64,000 bases of DNA, taken from Candidatus Marinacidobacterales bacterium (lineage in GTDB: Bacteria > Acidobacteriota > Vicinamibacteria > Marinacidobacterales > DATDRI01). This document shows, in pieces, positions 51,115 through 61,412 of this stretch. The DNA is taken from positions 213,271 to 277,270 of the forward strand of contig CBDANW010000002.1 in assembly GCA_965197825.1 (NCBI GenBank), written 5' to 3'. Position 1 is the stretch's first letter, and each line of letters starts with the position of its first letter. The position numbers and the translations under genes are program-made. The notes below the pieces were generated by a model. It was not told the origin of the DNA. It worked only from the letters and a program-made list of their open reading frames with translations, and ran no database searches.

Positions 51115-52494
51115 GTGATGGCGAAGAATATGACCTCAGACGAACTCCGCGCCAAGCTTGAGGAGGTCGACCGAGATCAACTCATGTCCCTCATCACTCA
51201 GCTTGCTGATGAAGATGACGGAATCCGGGACCGCGCGGAAGCTCTCGCTCTTCGCGGAGAACCCACGGCTCATGCCGACGCACTGAAGCAGCGACTTGAG
51301 CGCTGGAAACGGGCTAGACACTTCATTTCCTACAGCGAGAGCACCGCCTTCGCCCGGCAGTTGGACATCTGGCTCGATGAGCTGGAGGAAGAGCTACTCG
51401 CGGTAAATCCCGAGGCGACCTGGGAACTTGCTGACGCCTTTCTTCGCTCGGATCGCCAGATCTTCGACCGCGCCGATGACTCGAACGGAGCAATCGGCGA
51501 TGCCTATCGTCGGTCTTGCGGCCTCTGGCTGCGGGCTGCCGCAAAACTTGGGGCTTCCCCGGCCTGGGTGGACCGTCTCCACAGCTTGCACTCTGACAAT
51601 GACTACGGCGTTCGAGATGCGTTGCTGGACGGTGCGGGGACGCTGCTTTCGGAGCTTGAGCTACGACGGTTGGCGAAAATCTACGAACAAGAGTTCCGGA
51701 CAGAGGCAAAGCGAACGACTGGAGAACCCTCGCGCTCGCTCGCACCTGCTGCAGCGATGGGACAGGTGGCACTCGCAGCAGGTGATGCGGAACTCTACGA
51801 GCGCTCAGTTAGACTTCACTCGCCGCAGCCCAATAGTCTCCAGGCTCAGGAGATCGCGAAACAGTATGTTCGCTTCGGCCCCGTCGACAAGGCCCTGCCG
51901 TGGCTCACCGGTGCCGCGACGGTCGGATCCGACGTCGACCGACTTGGTCTGCTCGCGGAAGCGTACGGGAAGCTGGGCAACCGCTCTCGCCTCCTTGAAG
52001 TGCGGTGCCAACTTTGGGAGAACACGCTCTCCGCTGAGGCTCTTCGTGAGTACATCGAGTTACTTCCGCCGTCCGAACGCTATGAGGCACGCCGACACGC
52101 CATCGAGAAAGCGTCCCACAGTGACGACGTCGTCTTGGGAACCACACTGCTGCTGAGCCTCGGCGAGTCCGCGAACGCCTCGGCTGTGGCGTGGAGGCTG
52201 CGCGACAGGCTGGTCGACGCGTACTACACCCATCTCATTGATCTGGCGAAACAGTTCGAGGCGGCAGAGTGTGCACTAGGCGCCGTGCTCTGCCTGCGGG
52301 CGTTGATTGATCAAATTCTCGCGGCGGGGCAAACCAAGACCTATCGCTATGCCAAGCGATACCTTGATCGCCTTGTCGCACTGGATGGCTGCGTGAGGGA
52401 CTACCGTGAGGTACCCGACCACCGAGGGTATCTGGAGCACTTGCGAGAAACGCATAGCCGCAAACGGAGCTTCTGGAAGCTCGTCGACGGGTGA
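51115..52494 (+). CDS. Hypothetical alpha-helical protein (about 460 aa); alternative start at 51019
   Basis: Long uninterrupted ORF with plausible codon usage, Ala/Leu/Glu/Arg-rich. No motif recognised. Confidence 0.5.
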   Translation: MMAKNMTSDELRAKLEEVDRDQLMSLITQLADEDDGIRDRAEALALRGEPTAHADALKQRLERWKRARHFISYSESTAFARQLDIWLDELEEELLAVNPEATWELADAFLRSDRQIFDRADDSNGAIGDAYRRSCGLWLRAAAKLGASPAWVDRLHSLHSDNDYGVRDALLDGAGTLLSELELRRLAKIYEQEFRTEAKRTTGEPSRSLAPAAAMGQVALAAGDAELYERSVRLHSPQPNSLQAQEIAKQYVRFGPVDKALPWLTGAATVGSDVDRLGLLAEAYGKLGNRSRLLEVRCQLWENTLSAEALREYIELLPPSERYEARRHAIEKASHSDDVVLGTTLLLSLGESANASAVAWRLRDRLVDAYYTHLIDLAKQFEAAECALGAVLCLRALIDQILAAGQTKTYRYAKRYLDRLVALDGCVRDYREVPDHRGYLEHLRETHSRKRSFWKLVDG

Positions 52495-52659
52495 CCGCCG
52501 GCCTGTGCCAAAACTCGGCCCTTTTGAAATAGACCACAAATCAGAAGCTTAGACGCCCTTGGAATCCGCGCGGAATCGAGGGTATTTCGCACCGCAGGGC
52601 TGGCTTCCGACCCCTGGGCTGCGGGTGGCGAGCGACAGGCCCACCGGGGGTGCGCACGG

Positions 52660-53005
52660 CGTGAAGAAAATCCGTTGCGCCATCTATACGCGAAAGAGCG
52701 CTGAAGAGGGTCTCGAACAGGATTTCAACTCCCTCGATGCGCAGCGAGAAGCCTGCGCCGCGTATGTCGCGAGCCAGAAAGCGGAGGGCTGGGTGCTGCT
52801 GCCAACTGTCTACGAGGACGGAGGGATCTCGGGAGGAACCCTGGAGCGCCCGGGCCTACAGCGCTTGCTCGCCGACATCGATGCCGGTCTCGTCGAGCAG
52901 ATCGTGGTCTACAAGGTCGACCGGCTGACCCGTTCCCTCTCCGACTTTGCAAAGCTCGTCGAGCGGCTCGAGGCGGCCGGCGCGGTTTTCGTCACGCTCA
53001 CCCCG
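52660..53005 (+). pseudogene. Serine recombinase N-terminal catalytic (resolvase) domain fragment, 3'-truncated by a TIR at 53003
   Basis: VKKIRCAIYTRKSAEEGLEQDFNSLDAQREACAAYV...IVVYKVDRLTRSLSDFAKLVERLEAAGAVFVTLT. Confidence 0.6.
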
Positions 53006-53222
53006 TCCTGTGCCAAAACTCGGCCCTTTTGAAATAGGCCATAAATCAGCAACTTAGTGTCTGTGTTTGCGACCGGGCCAAGGGCCGTGGGCTTTACAAT
53101 CGTCTTGGGCGGGCGGGTCGTCACCATGCAGATGACCACCTAGTCGAGAGCGAATATCGAAGCATGTTCCTGAAGCTGTTTCCACGCTACGCCGGTCGAG
53201 CCCGCCGAGGGGCTACCGTCGC
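53003..53222 (-). mobile_element. IS481-like 3' terminal fragment (right TIR plus about 110 bp)
   Basis: Matches the reverse complement of 24115-24336. Confidence 0.75.
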
Positions 53223-53514
53223 CGGCGACCTATTACGAGCAGAAAGCGCGAGAGAAGGACCCAAGCCGCCAGCCAGCGAGAGCGAAGCGCGACGTCCAAC
53301 TCTGCGGCGAGATTCGTCGTGTACGGCAAGAGAACTTTGACGTGTATGGCGTGCGCAAGGTCTGGCGTCAGCTTCGCCGTGAGGGTTGCGACGTGGCTCG
53401 ATGCACGGTGGCCCGTCTGATGCGTGAAATGGGCCTCCAGGGCGCGGTTCGTGGACGTCGATTCAAGACGACGAAGCCGGATTCGAGCGGCGCTCGCCCG
53501 ATGGACCTCCCATG
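53222..53514 (+). pseudogene. IS3-family transposase OrfAB internal fragment
   Basis: ...IRRVRQENFDVYGVRKVWRQLRREGCDVARCTVARLMREMGLQGAVRGRRFKTTKPD... Confidence 0.6.
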
Positions 53515-53809
53515 AGGAAATAACCGGACGATCTTCGTTGGCGTCGTGTCCAAAAATACAAACGCACTCAAGACCCACGCGCCAGGGCGTTTCGGAATCA
53601 TAGCTAGGCCTGGAGTTCACGGCTTCCCTCCACTCTGGATTGACCTTGCTTCACTTCGGCAATGGGAGTCAGGTCACCAGTGCCGGTTGTGCTCCGCAAA
53701 AAGTCCATCCAGCGTTGATTGCGCGCTTTAGACTTGCTACGGTCGGCTGCTTCTGGCCGATCTTCTTTTTTGCGGATCACAACGAAGCATGGCATACTCT
53801 TGCAGGAGT

Positions 53810-54337
53810 ATGCATACCTTCGCTGAACGCGTCGTTGGCGCTGCCCGTCTGAAACCAGACATCTACGAGGAGGTCGAGGCGGATCCGAGAGCCACCGCGC
53901 AGGCGATGGGTGTGGTTGTCCTCTCGAGCGTGGCCGGCGGTATCGGCCTGGCGGGGGGCCAGGGCGCGAACCTCATCGTCAGCACCCTGGGGGCGCTGCT
54001 CGGCTGGCTCATCTGGGCCGTCCTGATCTACGTCCTCGGCACCAAGGTCTTCGCGCAGCCCCAGACGCGCGCCGATGTGGGGGAGTTGCTCCGGACCACC
54101 GGGTTCGCGGCGGCCCCAGGCGTGCTGCGCGTGCTTGGCATCTTGCCAGGGCTGCTCGGCGACCTGTTTCTGCTGGCGGTGCCGATCTGGATGCTCGTCG
54201 CGATGGTGCTGGCGGTGCGGCAGGCGCTTGATTTCACGACGACATGGCGTGCGGTGGTGGTGTGCGTGGCCGGGTGGGGTGTCATGCTCGTGCTGATCGC
54301 CGTGAGCGGCGGCTTCATGAGCCCTGTCGGCCAATAG
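53810..54337 (+). CDS. Yip1-domain family membrane protein
   Basis: MHTFAERVVGAARLKPDIYEEVEADPRATAQAMGVVVLSSVAGGIG... with 4-5 hydrophobic helices. Confidence 0.55.
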   Translation: MHTFAERVVGAARLKPDIYEEVEADPRATAQAMGVVVLSSVAGGIGLAGGQGANLIVSTLGALLGWLIWAVLIYVLGTKVFAQPQTRADVGELLRTTGFAAAPGVLRVLGILPGLLGDLFLLAVPIWMLVAMVLAVRQALDFTTTWRAVVVCVAGWGVMLVLIAVSGGFMSPVGQ

Positions 54338-54439
54338 CCGGACGGGGCACGCGGGTGGTCCCTATGCCGCGTCGCGGTGGTAATAACTGAGCAAGCCGCC
54401 TAGTCGCTTACGACATCGCACGTTTCCGTGGGAACTTGG

Positions 54440-54531
54440 CCGTGAGGTTTCTTGCCACCTGCTTCATCCACTCCCCGTTTGGGTCCGAGGTCATCCCACC
54501 GATGCACACGCAGCGAGTGGCGATATCGATG
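54440..54531 (-). mobile_element. IS481-like internal fragment (left flank of the IS30 insertion)
   Basis: Reverse complement of about 23640-23735. Confidence 0.7.
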
Positions 54532-55318
54532 TGTGACTTCAAGTTTGAAGCGCACCATTCGTTAGAGCCCATGGAAACGTTCCTCCGGTGTGCGGTAGCC
54601 GAGTCTCTTGCGGGGCCGTGAGTTGAGCTTGTTTGCGATACGATCGCAGTCGCGTTGCGTGAGCGCTGCTTGGCTGGTGCGCTTCGGCAGGTATTGTCGT
54701 AGCAGGCTATTGAAGTTCTCGTTGCTGCCTCTCTCCCATGAGTGATAGGGAGTTGCGAAGTAGAACTTGACGCCGGTCGCTTCCTCGACGGATTCGTAGT
54801 CGTGGAACTCCGTACCATTGTCCGCGGTGATCGTCTTGACCTGCTCCGGCACCCGCCGGAGCAACATCTTCGTTCGCTGACTAGTGCTGAACATGGTGCG
54901 GTCGGACAGCTTGCCGATCAGCGCATAGCCCGTCTTTCGTTCCACGAGCGTGGTTACGCAGTCCGGCGCGCCTTTTCCTACCACGGTGTCGATCTCCCAG
55001 TGGCCAACGGCACTGCGCTTGTCGACACAAGGCGGCCGCTCGGAGATATGACGCTTCCCGGCCAGGTGGCCTCGGCTGTCATAGCTGTTGTGGCGCTTGC
55101 GTCTAAATTTGGGCGAGCATCGAAGGTGGCGGTATAGATGTCCTCCGGCCTCCTTGTCCCGCCAGACGTGGGTGTAGATCGTCTCGTGGCTGATCGAGAG
55201 CTCGCCGTGAAGGCGCAGGTGGCCGGAGATCTGCTCTGGGCTCCAGTCAGCCTTAAGCTTCTTCTCCACTAGGGCAAAGTCGGCCTTTGTGAAGTACTGG
55301 TTCCGGCGAGACCGCGAT

Positions 55319-56717
55319 GGTGATGTCTTAAGATTCCTGTCAAAGAAAAACGATGTATGGTCCCCAAGCTCAAACCCGTCCCCGTCATGGGGACAGAAAA
55401 GGAGAACCATACATCATGGGAAAGGTACTACCGAGTCAGCGATTGCTCAAGCAGTTCGAGGAACAACTGGTATTTGGGGAGATGAATCTCTCGGAGATCG
55501 TCCGGTCGGGAGCTCAGATGATGCTTCAATATGCGTTGGAGCGCGAGGTGACGGAGGCGTTGGGTCGAAACTACTATGAGAACGCTCCGGCAACGACGAA
55601 GGAGAAGGGACGACGCAACGGGTATGAGTCGCATCGGGTCCTCACGGGCGAGGGAGCGGTAACGGTGCAAGTGCCGCGGGTACGAGAAACAGAGAAGGTG
55701 TTTCAGTCAAAGATTCTCGACGCCTACGTGAGCCGGACCGAGAAACTCGATGAACTGATCGCGCGGATGTACGTCCACGGGATGTCGACGCGTGACATTG
55801 AGGCGACGTTCGCGGACGTGCTGAGCGGCACGGGTGTCTCGAAGTCGGTGGTGAGCCGGGTCACACGGTGTCTGTCGGAGGATTTCGAGGCGTTTCGAAA
55901 ACGGGATCTCTCGAACGAGAAGCTGTTGTATCTCGAGCTCGACGGCACGTACCTGCGCTACCACCAAGGAGCGGAGAGGAAAGAGCCCATCCTCGTTGCG
56001 ACCGGCTATCGCGCTGATGGGACGCGAGTTCTTCTTCATATCGGTGTCGGCAACCGAGAATCCTACGAGAACTGGAAGGGGTTTTTGCAGGAGATGGTGG
56101 CCCGAGGAATGAGGGAGCCGTTGCTCATCGTGACGGACGGGAATCCTGGAGTGCTCAAAGCGATCGCAGAGGTCTTCCCTCGAAGCCTCAAGCAACGTTG
56201 CCAGAAGCACCGCCTCGAGAACATCCTGGGCAAGGCTCCGAAGGAAGTGCGCGACGAACTCAAGGCGGCCATCCTTGAGTCGTTCCATGCGAACAGCTAC
56301 GAGCAAGGGCTGAAGAAGGGTCGGGAGGTGATCGCTCGGTACCGTCAACGATTCCCGAGCGCGATGAAGTGCATGGAAGAGACCTTCGAAGCGTGTCTTC
56401 AGGCGCTACGCCTTCCTGCGGCGCATCACAAAAGGCTTCGCACGTCGAATCTACTTGAGCGCACGTTCGGAGAGCACAAACGTCGCACAAAGGTCATTCC
56501 TCACTTCTTCACCGAGGAGGCCGCGATGAAACTCTCGTTCGCTGTGCTCTTGGCCGTCGCAAACAAATGGCGCGGCGTGAGGATGGATGTCTTCGCCGCT
56601 AGGAAAGTCGAGGAGCTTCGCAACGAGCTTCTCCCGCAAGGCACGTCGGAGGAATCAGCAGCTTAACCGAGCGCGGGGAACCGTACGGAGATTTGACAGG
56701 AAAATTAAGACTTGACC
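55319..56717 (+). mobile_element. IS256-family insertion sequence, copy D, nested inside the IS30 transposase gene
   Basis: Flanks ACCGCGAT / ACCGCGAgat (approximate 8-bp duplication). Confidence 0.9.
55413..56666 (+). CDS. IS256-family transposase
   Basis: Identical to the 4702 copy. Confidence 0.9.
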   Translation: MMGKVLPSQRLLKQFEEQLVFGEMNLSEIVRSGAQMMLQYALEREVTEALGRNYYENAPATTKEKGRRNGYESHRVLTGEGAVTVQVPRVRETEKVFQSKILDAYVSRTEKLDELIARMYVHGMSTRDIEATFADVLSGTGVSKSVVSRVTRCLSEDFEAFRKRDLSNEKLLYLELDGTYLRYHQGAERKEPILVATGYRADGTRVLLHIGVGNRESYENWKGFLQEMVARGMREPLLIVTDGNPGVLKAIAEVFPRSLKQRCQKHRLENILGKAPKEVRDELKAAILESFHANSYEQGLKKGREVIARYRQRFPSAMKCMEETFEACLQALRLPAAHHKRLRTSNLLERTFGEHKRRTKVIPHFFTEEAAMKLSFAVLLAVANKWRGVRMDVFAARKVEELRNELLPQGTSEESAA

Positions 56718-57029
56718 ACCGCGAGATCGTCGTCCGTTCGTTTTCTCGATGGCCTTGCTCGGCCGGTAGCATCCATCACTACGTGAGTTGTTCCCCCTGA
56801 CCTCTCTCGAGATTGTGCTCCGGTGGCGCCCCAGGCGCCGCGCAATCTCGGCCGAGCAAAATCCCTCCCGTCGCAGCGCCGCGATGGTGTATCGTTCTTC
56901 CGAGGTGATCTGGTAATAAGTCATTAGCGAGTCCCCATTCTTGGTTGTTTGAGGAATCGTGGCACATTCCAGGTCACCTCATCCGGGAGCTGTGTTGCAC
57001 TTACTTTATGAATTCGGGATGACAAACAG

Positions 57030-57170
57030 GACATGGTAGCGGACGAGCCCGAACGGGTTCACAACCTCGACGGTGAACAGGTCTGTCGCAGCGATAGCGC
57101 CCCAATGAGCCTTGAGGAAGGTGCTCCACGACATGCTCTTGCCCCGCTCTGGAGCCGGCGCGATACCGCG
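57030..57170 (-). mobile_element. IS481-like internal fragment (right flank of the IS30 insertion), followed by a MITE
   Basis: Reverse complement of about 23500-23640. Confidence 0.7.
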
Positions 57171-57480
57171 TCCTGTGCCAAAACTCGGCCCTCTTGAAAT
57201 AGCCGATAAATCAGCAGCTTAGCGTCTGTGTTTTGCGACGGTGCCAAGGGCTGTGGGCTTTACAATCGTCTGGCCCGAGGGTGTTATCTTCGGATCCATC
57301 ATGACGTACCATGTGCAAATCCTACTGTTGGTCAGGCAGCCGTTGTTCGATCGGGCAGCCCTGCTGCTCACACAGACCTCATGGGTGCTTCCGCCATTAA
57401 AGTGTTGGTAAAATGACGCTAAGACTTTACGGTGCATTGAATTACAGCCATGGTCTTTCAAAAGGGCCGAGTTTTGGGGT
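57171..57480. mobile_element. MITE copy (inverted), followed by family B and family E repeats to 57800
   Basis: See 8710-9026. Confidence 0.75.
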
Positions 57481-57804
57481 GCTTCCGCCATTAAGTGTTG
57501 GTGAGATGACGCTAAGACTTTGCGCTGCATTAAATTACAGCCGAAATAGCGCTCGCGACCTTCGCCGGGCGCCAAATAGAACGTAAGCTGTTTTTTTGCA
57601 AAGGGATACGTACACATTACCAACAGCAAACAGCGCAAGCACCGCCGGCCGTGCGCACCCCCGGTGGGCCTGTCGCTCGCCACCCGCAGCCCAGGGGTCG
57701 GAAGCCAGCCCTGCGGCGCGAAATACCCTCGATTCTGCGCGGATTCCAAGGGCGTCTAAGCTGCTGATTTGTGGTCTATTTCAAAAGGGCCGAGTTTTGG
57801 CACA

Positions 57805-58567
57805 GGACGGGGAACGTGACAACGGCGAGGCCATACTGGTGGAACCTGGCGATACCCTGATCTTCCCGCAGGGCAGTGTGAAGGTGATGCTCGCCGATGT
57901 TGACCGGTACTCCGAGCCGGGATCCGACGGGTACGCCCCGCTGGCCAACACTGTTTGGACGTGGATTGCTATTCCACCCCGCTCATTCAGCGTGTCGGGT
58001 AGCCACTACCTGCTCGCTGCGGCAAGGCGGTTGGACATGGCTCATGTGCATTGCATCGCAGCCCTCAGAACGCTCCAAGACTGTCCAGGAAAGCCGTTTG
58101 TGAAGGCGAGGGCACTCATGTTCGATGCTCTCGGACATGCCGAGTCCATGTGCATCGCCCTTAGTCGCGTAATCGGGATGACCCAGCAAGCGAACGCGAA
58201 GTTCTCAATTCGAGCTCCTGTGTCCAAAGTGATAACCGGAGTTGAGCCCGGTGTGCGCTCAATTCGAGATGCATTCGAGCACATCGATGAACGGACCGAA
58301 GGTCGGGCTCGGCACGAGGGGCCTGGCGACGCCATGTCGGTCTTCGATCAGTCGGACTTCTTTGTTTCCGGCGTTCTACGGTATGCGGGCCACTCTCTGG
58401 ATATCCAAGGCGAGGCGGTGCCTGCGATGATCGCTGCGCGCAAGTTCATTGCTGATGCTGCGGCCGAGGCGGGCAAGACCAAGACCATCAACGTGGAACT
58501 CAAGTGGACGTTCACGGAGGGAGCCGACTCCGCGCCGCCCGGTGTTTCAACTGCCGCGGCAGGTTGA
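57805..58567 (+). pseudogene. Hypothetical protein gene, 5'-truncated by a TIR
   Basis: ORF 57596-58567. The portion upstream of 57800 is repeat readthrough. No motif recognised. Confidence 0.35.
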
Positions 58568-58671
58568 CGAGGTCTTGCGCGGCCAAGGGTGAGCGAAGCA
58601 GAGCAGTTGTTCTTTGCCGCCATTGCTGGCGCTTCTCACCGAAATGACCAGAAGCGTCCTACCCGGAACCG

Positions 58672-58875
58672 CGGTAGGGTCGAGGGCTGGCGCGGTGCTC
58701 CGTAGGCGCGGCCTATCTGTTTCTCCCCGTTTCCTGTGGTAGTGCCTCACTAGCCGCACCGTAAGTCCGTTTCCAGCCCCCGCCACATCGCACGCAGCGT
58801 GCGGCTTTCCCGCACTACGCGGCGCTCCTGCACACTTCCCGCGAAGGGTTATGTGACCTATCGAGCCGGGGCGTC
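58672..58875 (-). repeat. 200-bp GNRA-hairpin repeat, second copy
   Basis: Reverse complement of 6694-6894 with about 4 mismatches. Confidence 0.6.
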
Positions 58876-59031
58876 TACCCCTCCAAGCTCCGAACGCTTG
58901 AAGGCGCTGACTCGATCAGGATGAATGTCACCGTTACCTGGGAACGTGGGATGCAGAATGGTCATTAGCAGTGCCTCCTTCAACGAGCATGGGTTAACGT
59001 CATCACCACAACCCGGTGGTATACTGCCAGC

Positions 59032-59376
59032 GTGCCAAAAGCCGATGCACTAATTCAAGCGGGTGGGACCATAGTAGCAGCGATCGTGCTCACGGTGGGA
59101 GCACTGCTGGCCGCAGCATCCTTTGAACCGAAGTTCGTACGGTGGGGAAACTTCGTAGCCAACATTGAGCACCTGATTTTGGTCGGGGAGCAAGATGACG
59201 GTTCGGGCTGTTCGGTGATCCTTACCACAACGGTCCAGCGGGTGTTTGAAACATCAGACGGAACCATAAGGACAGGATTAGCAGGACACACGGTGGAGAG
59301 TGACGCCGAGTGCGAAGCAATCCGAAGAGCCGTTCAGGCATACACCATTGACGCAAGGAGCCAATCAGACGACTAA
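59032..59376 (+). CDS. Hypothetical protein (114 aa, N-terminal TM helix)
   Basis: GTG start, hydrophobic N-terminus. No motif. Confidence 0.3.
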   Translation: MPKADALIQAGGTIVAAIVLTVGALLAAASFEPKFVRWGNFVANIEHLILVGEQDDGSGCSVILTTTVQRVFETSDGTIRTGLAGHTVESDAECEAIRRAVQAYTIDARSQSDD

Positions 59377-59454
59377 GAGTGAAAAAGATCGTCCTAATTG
59401 TGTTCGCTTGGTGTTCCGAGTTGCAGCCGACCTTGAGAGTCAGACTCCAGAATC

Positions 59455-59636
59455 AGCTGTACCTTCTATTTATTCATCCGCGCGCCCCGAACCTGATCGG
59501 TCTCCGATCTGCCGGGACTATGCCTGCATGATTTCGTCGTTTGTTCGCGCTCGGCCCTGGGCACGGCCGCAAACACAGACTCTAAGTTGCTGATTTATGG
59601 GCTATTTCAAAAGGGCTGAGTTTTGGCACAGGACGG
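59455..59636. repeat. Composite repeat: family C plus solo TIR end
   Basis: About 95% identical to 25292-25465. Confidence 0.7.
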
Positions 59637-59639
59637 GCC

Positions 59640-59900
59640 GGAGCAAAGTGGAGGCGAGGTGCGAGCGCCACTTCTCGCGTAAGGACTTGAAGCCTCCCCA
59701 TCGGTTGTGGGGGGAAAGGTTGACGGAGAAGATATCTCCGATTTCACGGTAGAAGTCGGCGAGGCGACTCTGAGGTCTGCAGAGTACGCCGACTTCGAGT
59801 TCGGGAAGTTGTTGAAGGCGGTGAGCGAGCAGCCTACAGACGACGGATTTTCCCGTGCCCGGGTCTCCTGTAATCAAAGCGAAACCGCCCTCGCGCACTA
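59640..59900 (-). pseudogene. AAA_22/ExeA-like P-loop ATPase fragment (transposition-helper-like)
   Basis: ...GFALITGDPGTGKSVVCRLLAHRLQQLPELEVGVLCRPQSRLADFYREIG... . Truncated by a TIR. Confidence 0.45.
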
Positions 59901-59929
59901 GGTTTTCAAGCCTGAAGGCGAACGCGTCG

Positions 59930-60437
59930 ACGCCAAAACACGCGCCGCCTGTGCCTGATGAACATCTTCTTGCACAACATCGGTGAGATTGAGGGCGGCG
60001 CTCCCATATCGCCGAATGACTCGCTTGTGGCCGATGCTGGCAAGCGCTTTGAACGTTCGCGGCCGATCTTGAGCTCGATCCGCGAATGGGCACTGACCCA
60101 GCGGGGACTGCCGCGAAGCGACTTCGGCAAGGCGGTCCGATACATGCTGGAGCGCTGGGCGAAGCTGACGCTGTTCGTCGAAAACCCGCTCATGTACCCC
60201 GACAATAACGCGGCCGAACGTGCTCTGCGGGGACCCGTCGTTGGGCGCAAGAATCACTACGGCAGTCGCTCGAAACGCGGAACCGAAGTCGCCACGCTCT
60301 TCTACACCTTGTGCGAGACCGCAAAGCTGCGCAACGTTGAGCCGAGAGCCTACCTGATCCAGGCAGCCTACGCCGCCATCGAGCATCCTGGAACGATCAT
60401 ACTCCCCGACGTGCTACGCGACGACTCCGCCGCGTAG
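59930..60437 (+). pseudogene. IS66-family transposase C-terminal fragment
   Basis: ...MYPDNNAAERALRGPVVGRKNHYGSRSKRGTEVATLFYTLCETAKLRNVEPRAYL... Confidence 0.6.
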
Positions 60438-60502
60438 CTTCCTCTACCGCTCGACTCGTTTCTAGACCCCGAGTGGGGCACGGCGAGTACTTACGAACAT
60501 TC

Positions 60503-60820
60503 TCAGGCGTCGCTTGTGAGCTTCTTCTTCAGTGGGACGACGGCGTCTTGGCAAGCTTTCGCTACTCGAAACTTGACCACCGTCTTTTTCGGGATTCGAA
60601 TCTGTTCGCCGGTCCGGGGGTTGCGTCCCTTGCGAGCCTTTCGTTTCGCTTTCACGAGTTTTCCGATTCCGGGAATGACGAACTGGCCCGTTCGCTTCGT
60701 TTCCTTTACCGCGAGATCGGCAATCGATTTGAACCATGCAGCGGCCTGCTTCTTCGGAACCTGCATCGTTTCCGACATCTGAGCCACGATTTGGGTTTGG
60801 GTCATGGGTTTTTTCGCCAT
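60503..60820 (-). CDS. HU/IHF-family nucleoid-associated DNA-binding protein
   Basis: MAKKPMTQTQIVAQMSE...GQFVIPGIGKLVKAKRKARKGRNPRTGEQIRIPKKTVVKFRVAKA. AAAAGGAGA ribosome-binding site. Confidence 0.75.
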   Translation of the reverse strand: MAKKPMTQTQIVAQMSETMQVPKKQAAAWFKSIADLAVKETKRTGQFVIPGIGKLVKAKRKARKGRNPRTGEQIRIPKKTVVKFRVAKACQDAVVPLKKKLTSDA

Positions 60821-60989
60821 TCCTCAAGTCTCCTTTTTCGTTTGCAGCTAACTCGACGTATTAGGTGGTTGAGCTTCGAGCGATACTCAAACGGCGCTAT
60901 TCTAATGGCCCTACACGAAGTTGACAAACCAGAACGGTATCGCTGCCCTAAAAGAGCAGACGGCCACACTGGAACTGAGACACGGTCCA

Positions 60990-61353
60990 GATTCCTACGG
61001 ATGTAGCGATGGCGACCCATAGACAGGCAAGCAGCGAACGCATTGCGGTCGAGGAGGATAGACATAGAGCCTGGGCTGATATCGACCCGCCGGATGAGAC
61101 GGAGCAGGGGGGCTGCCGAGGCACTATCATTATTACTGCCGGAACACAGCCCGTCTAAAAAGCGACGCACCGAGGCGAGCTCTTGCATCGTTGGAGCGTG
61201 GGTCAGCGAGGCCGGGAAGGTCGGGGCATCCACATGCTGTCGGATGAGATGCACGACGGTCTGTTCCAGCATCGGGGCGGGCAGCCGCCAGCCGGAGAGG
61301 TCCTTTTGGCCACTGTGCTGGATGAGGCGCCGGGAGACGTAGTAGCGGAGCCG
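60990..61353 (-). pseudogene. Large serine recombinase internal fragment, copy 2
   Basis: ...LRYYVSRRLIQHSGQKDLSGWRLPAPMLEQTVVHLIRQHVD...SILLDRNAFAACLSMG. Duplicate of 35540-35900. Confidence 0.6.
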
Positions 61354-61412
61354 TAGGCCGCGCCTACGGAGCACCGCGCCAGCCCTCGACCCTACCGGGC
61401 GCCAGGGGCGTG

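Larger units (their letters stand above)
54532..57029 (-). mobile_element. IS30-family element, complete ends, interrupted by nested IS256 copy D. Itself inserted into an IS481-like copy with 3-bp TSD ATG.
   Basis: Transposase C-terminal part 54562-55316 and N-terminal part 56718-56924 match one protein. Ends gtgtgacttcaagtttgaagcgcac / gttgcacttactttatgaattcggg. Flanks ...cgatATG | ATGacaaaca are contiguous in the intact IS481-like. Confidence 0.8.
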
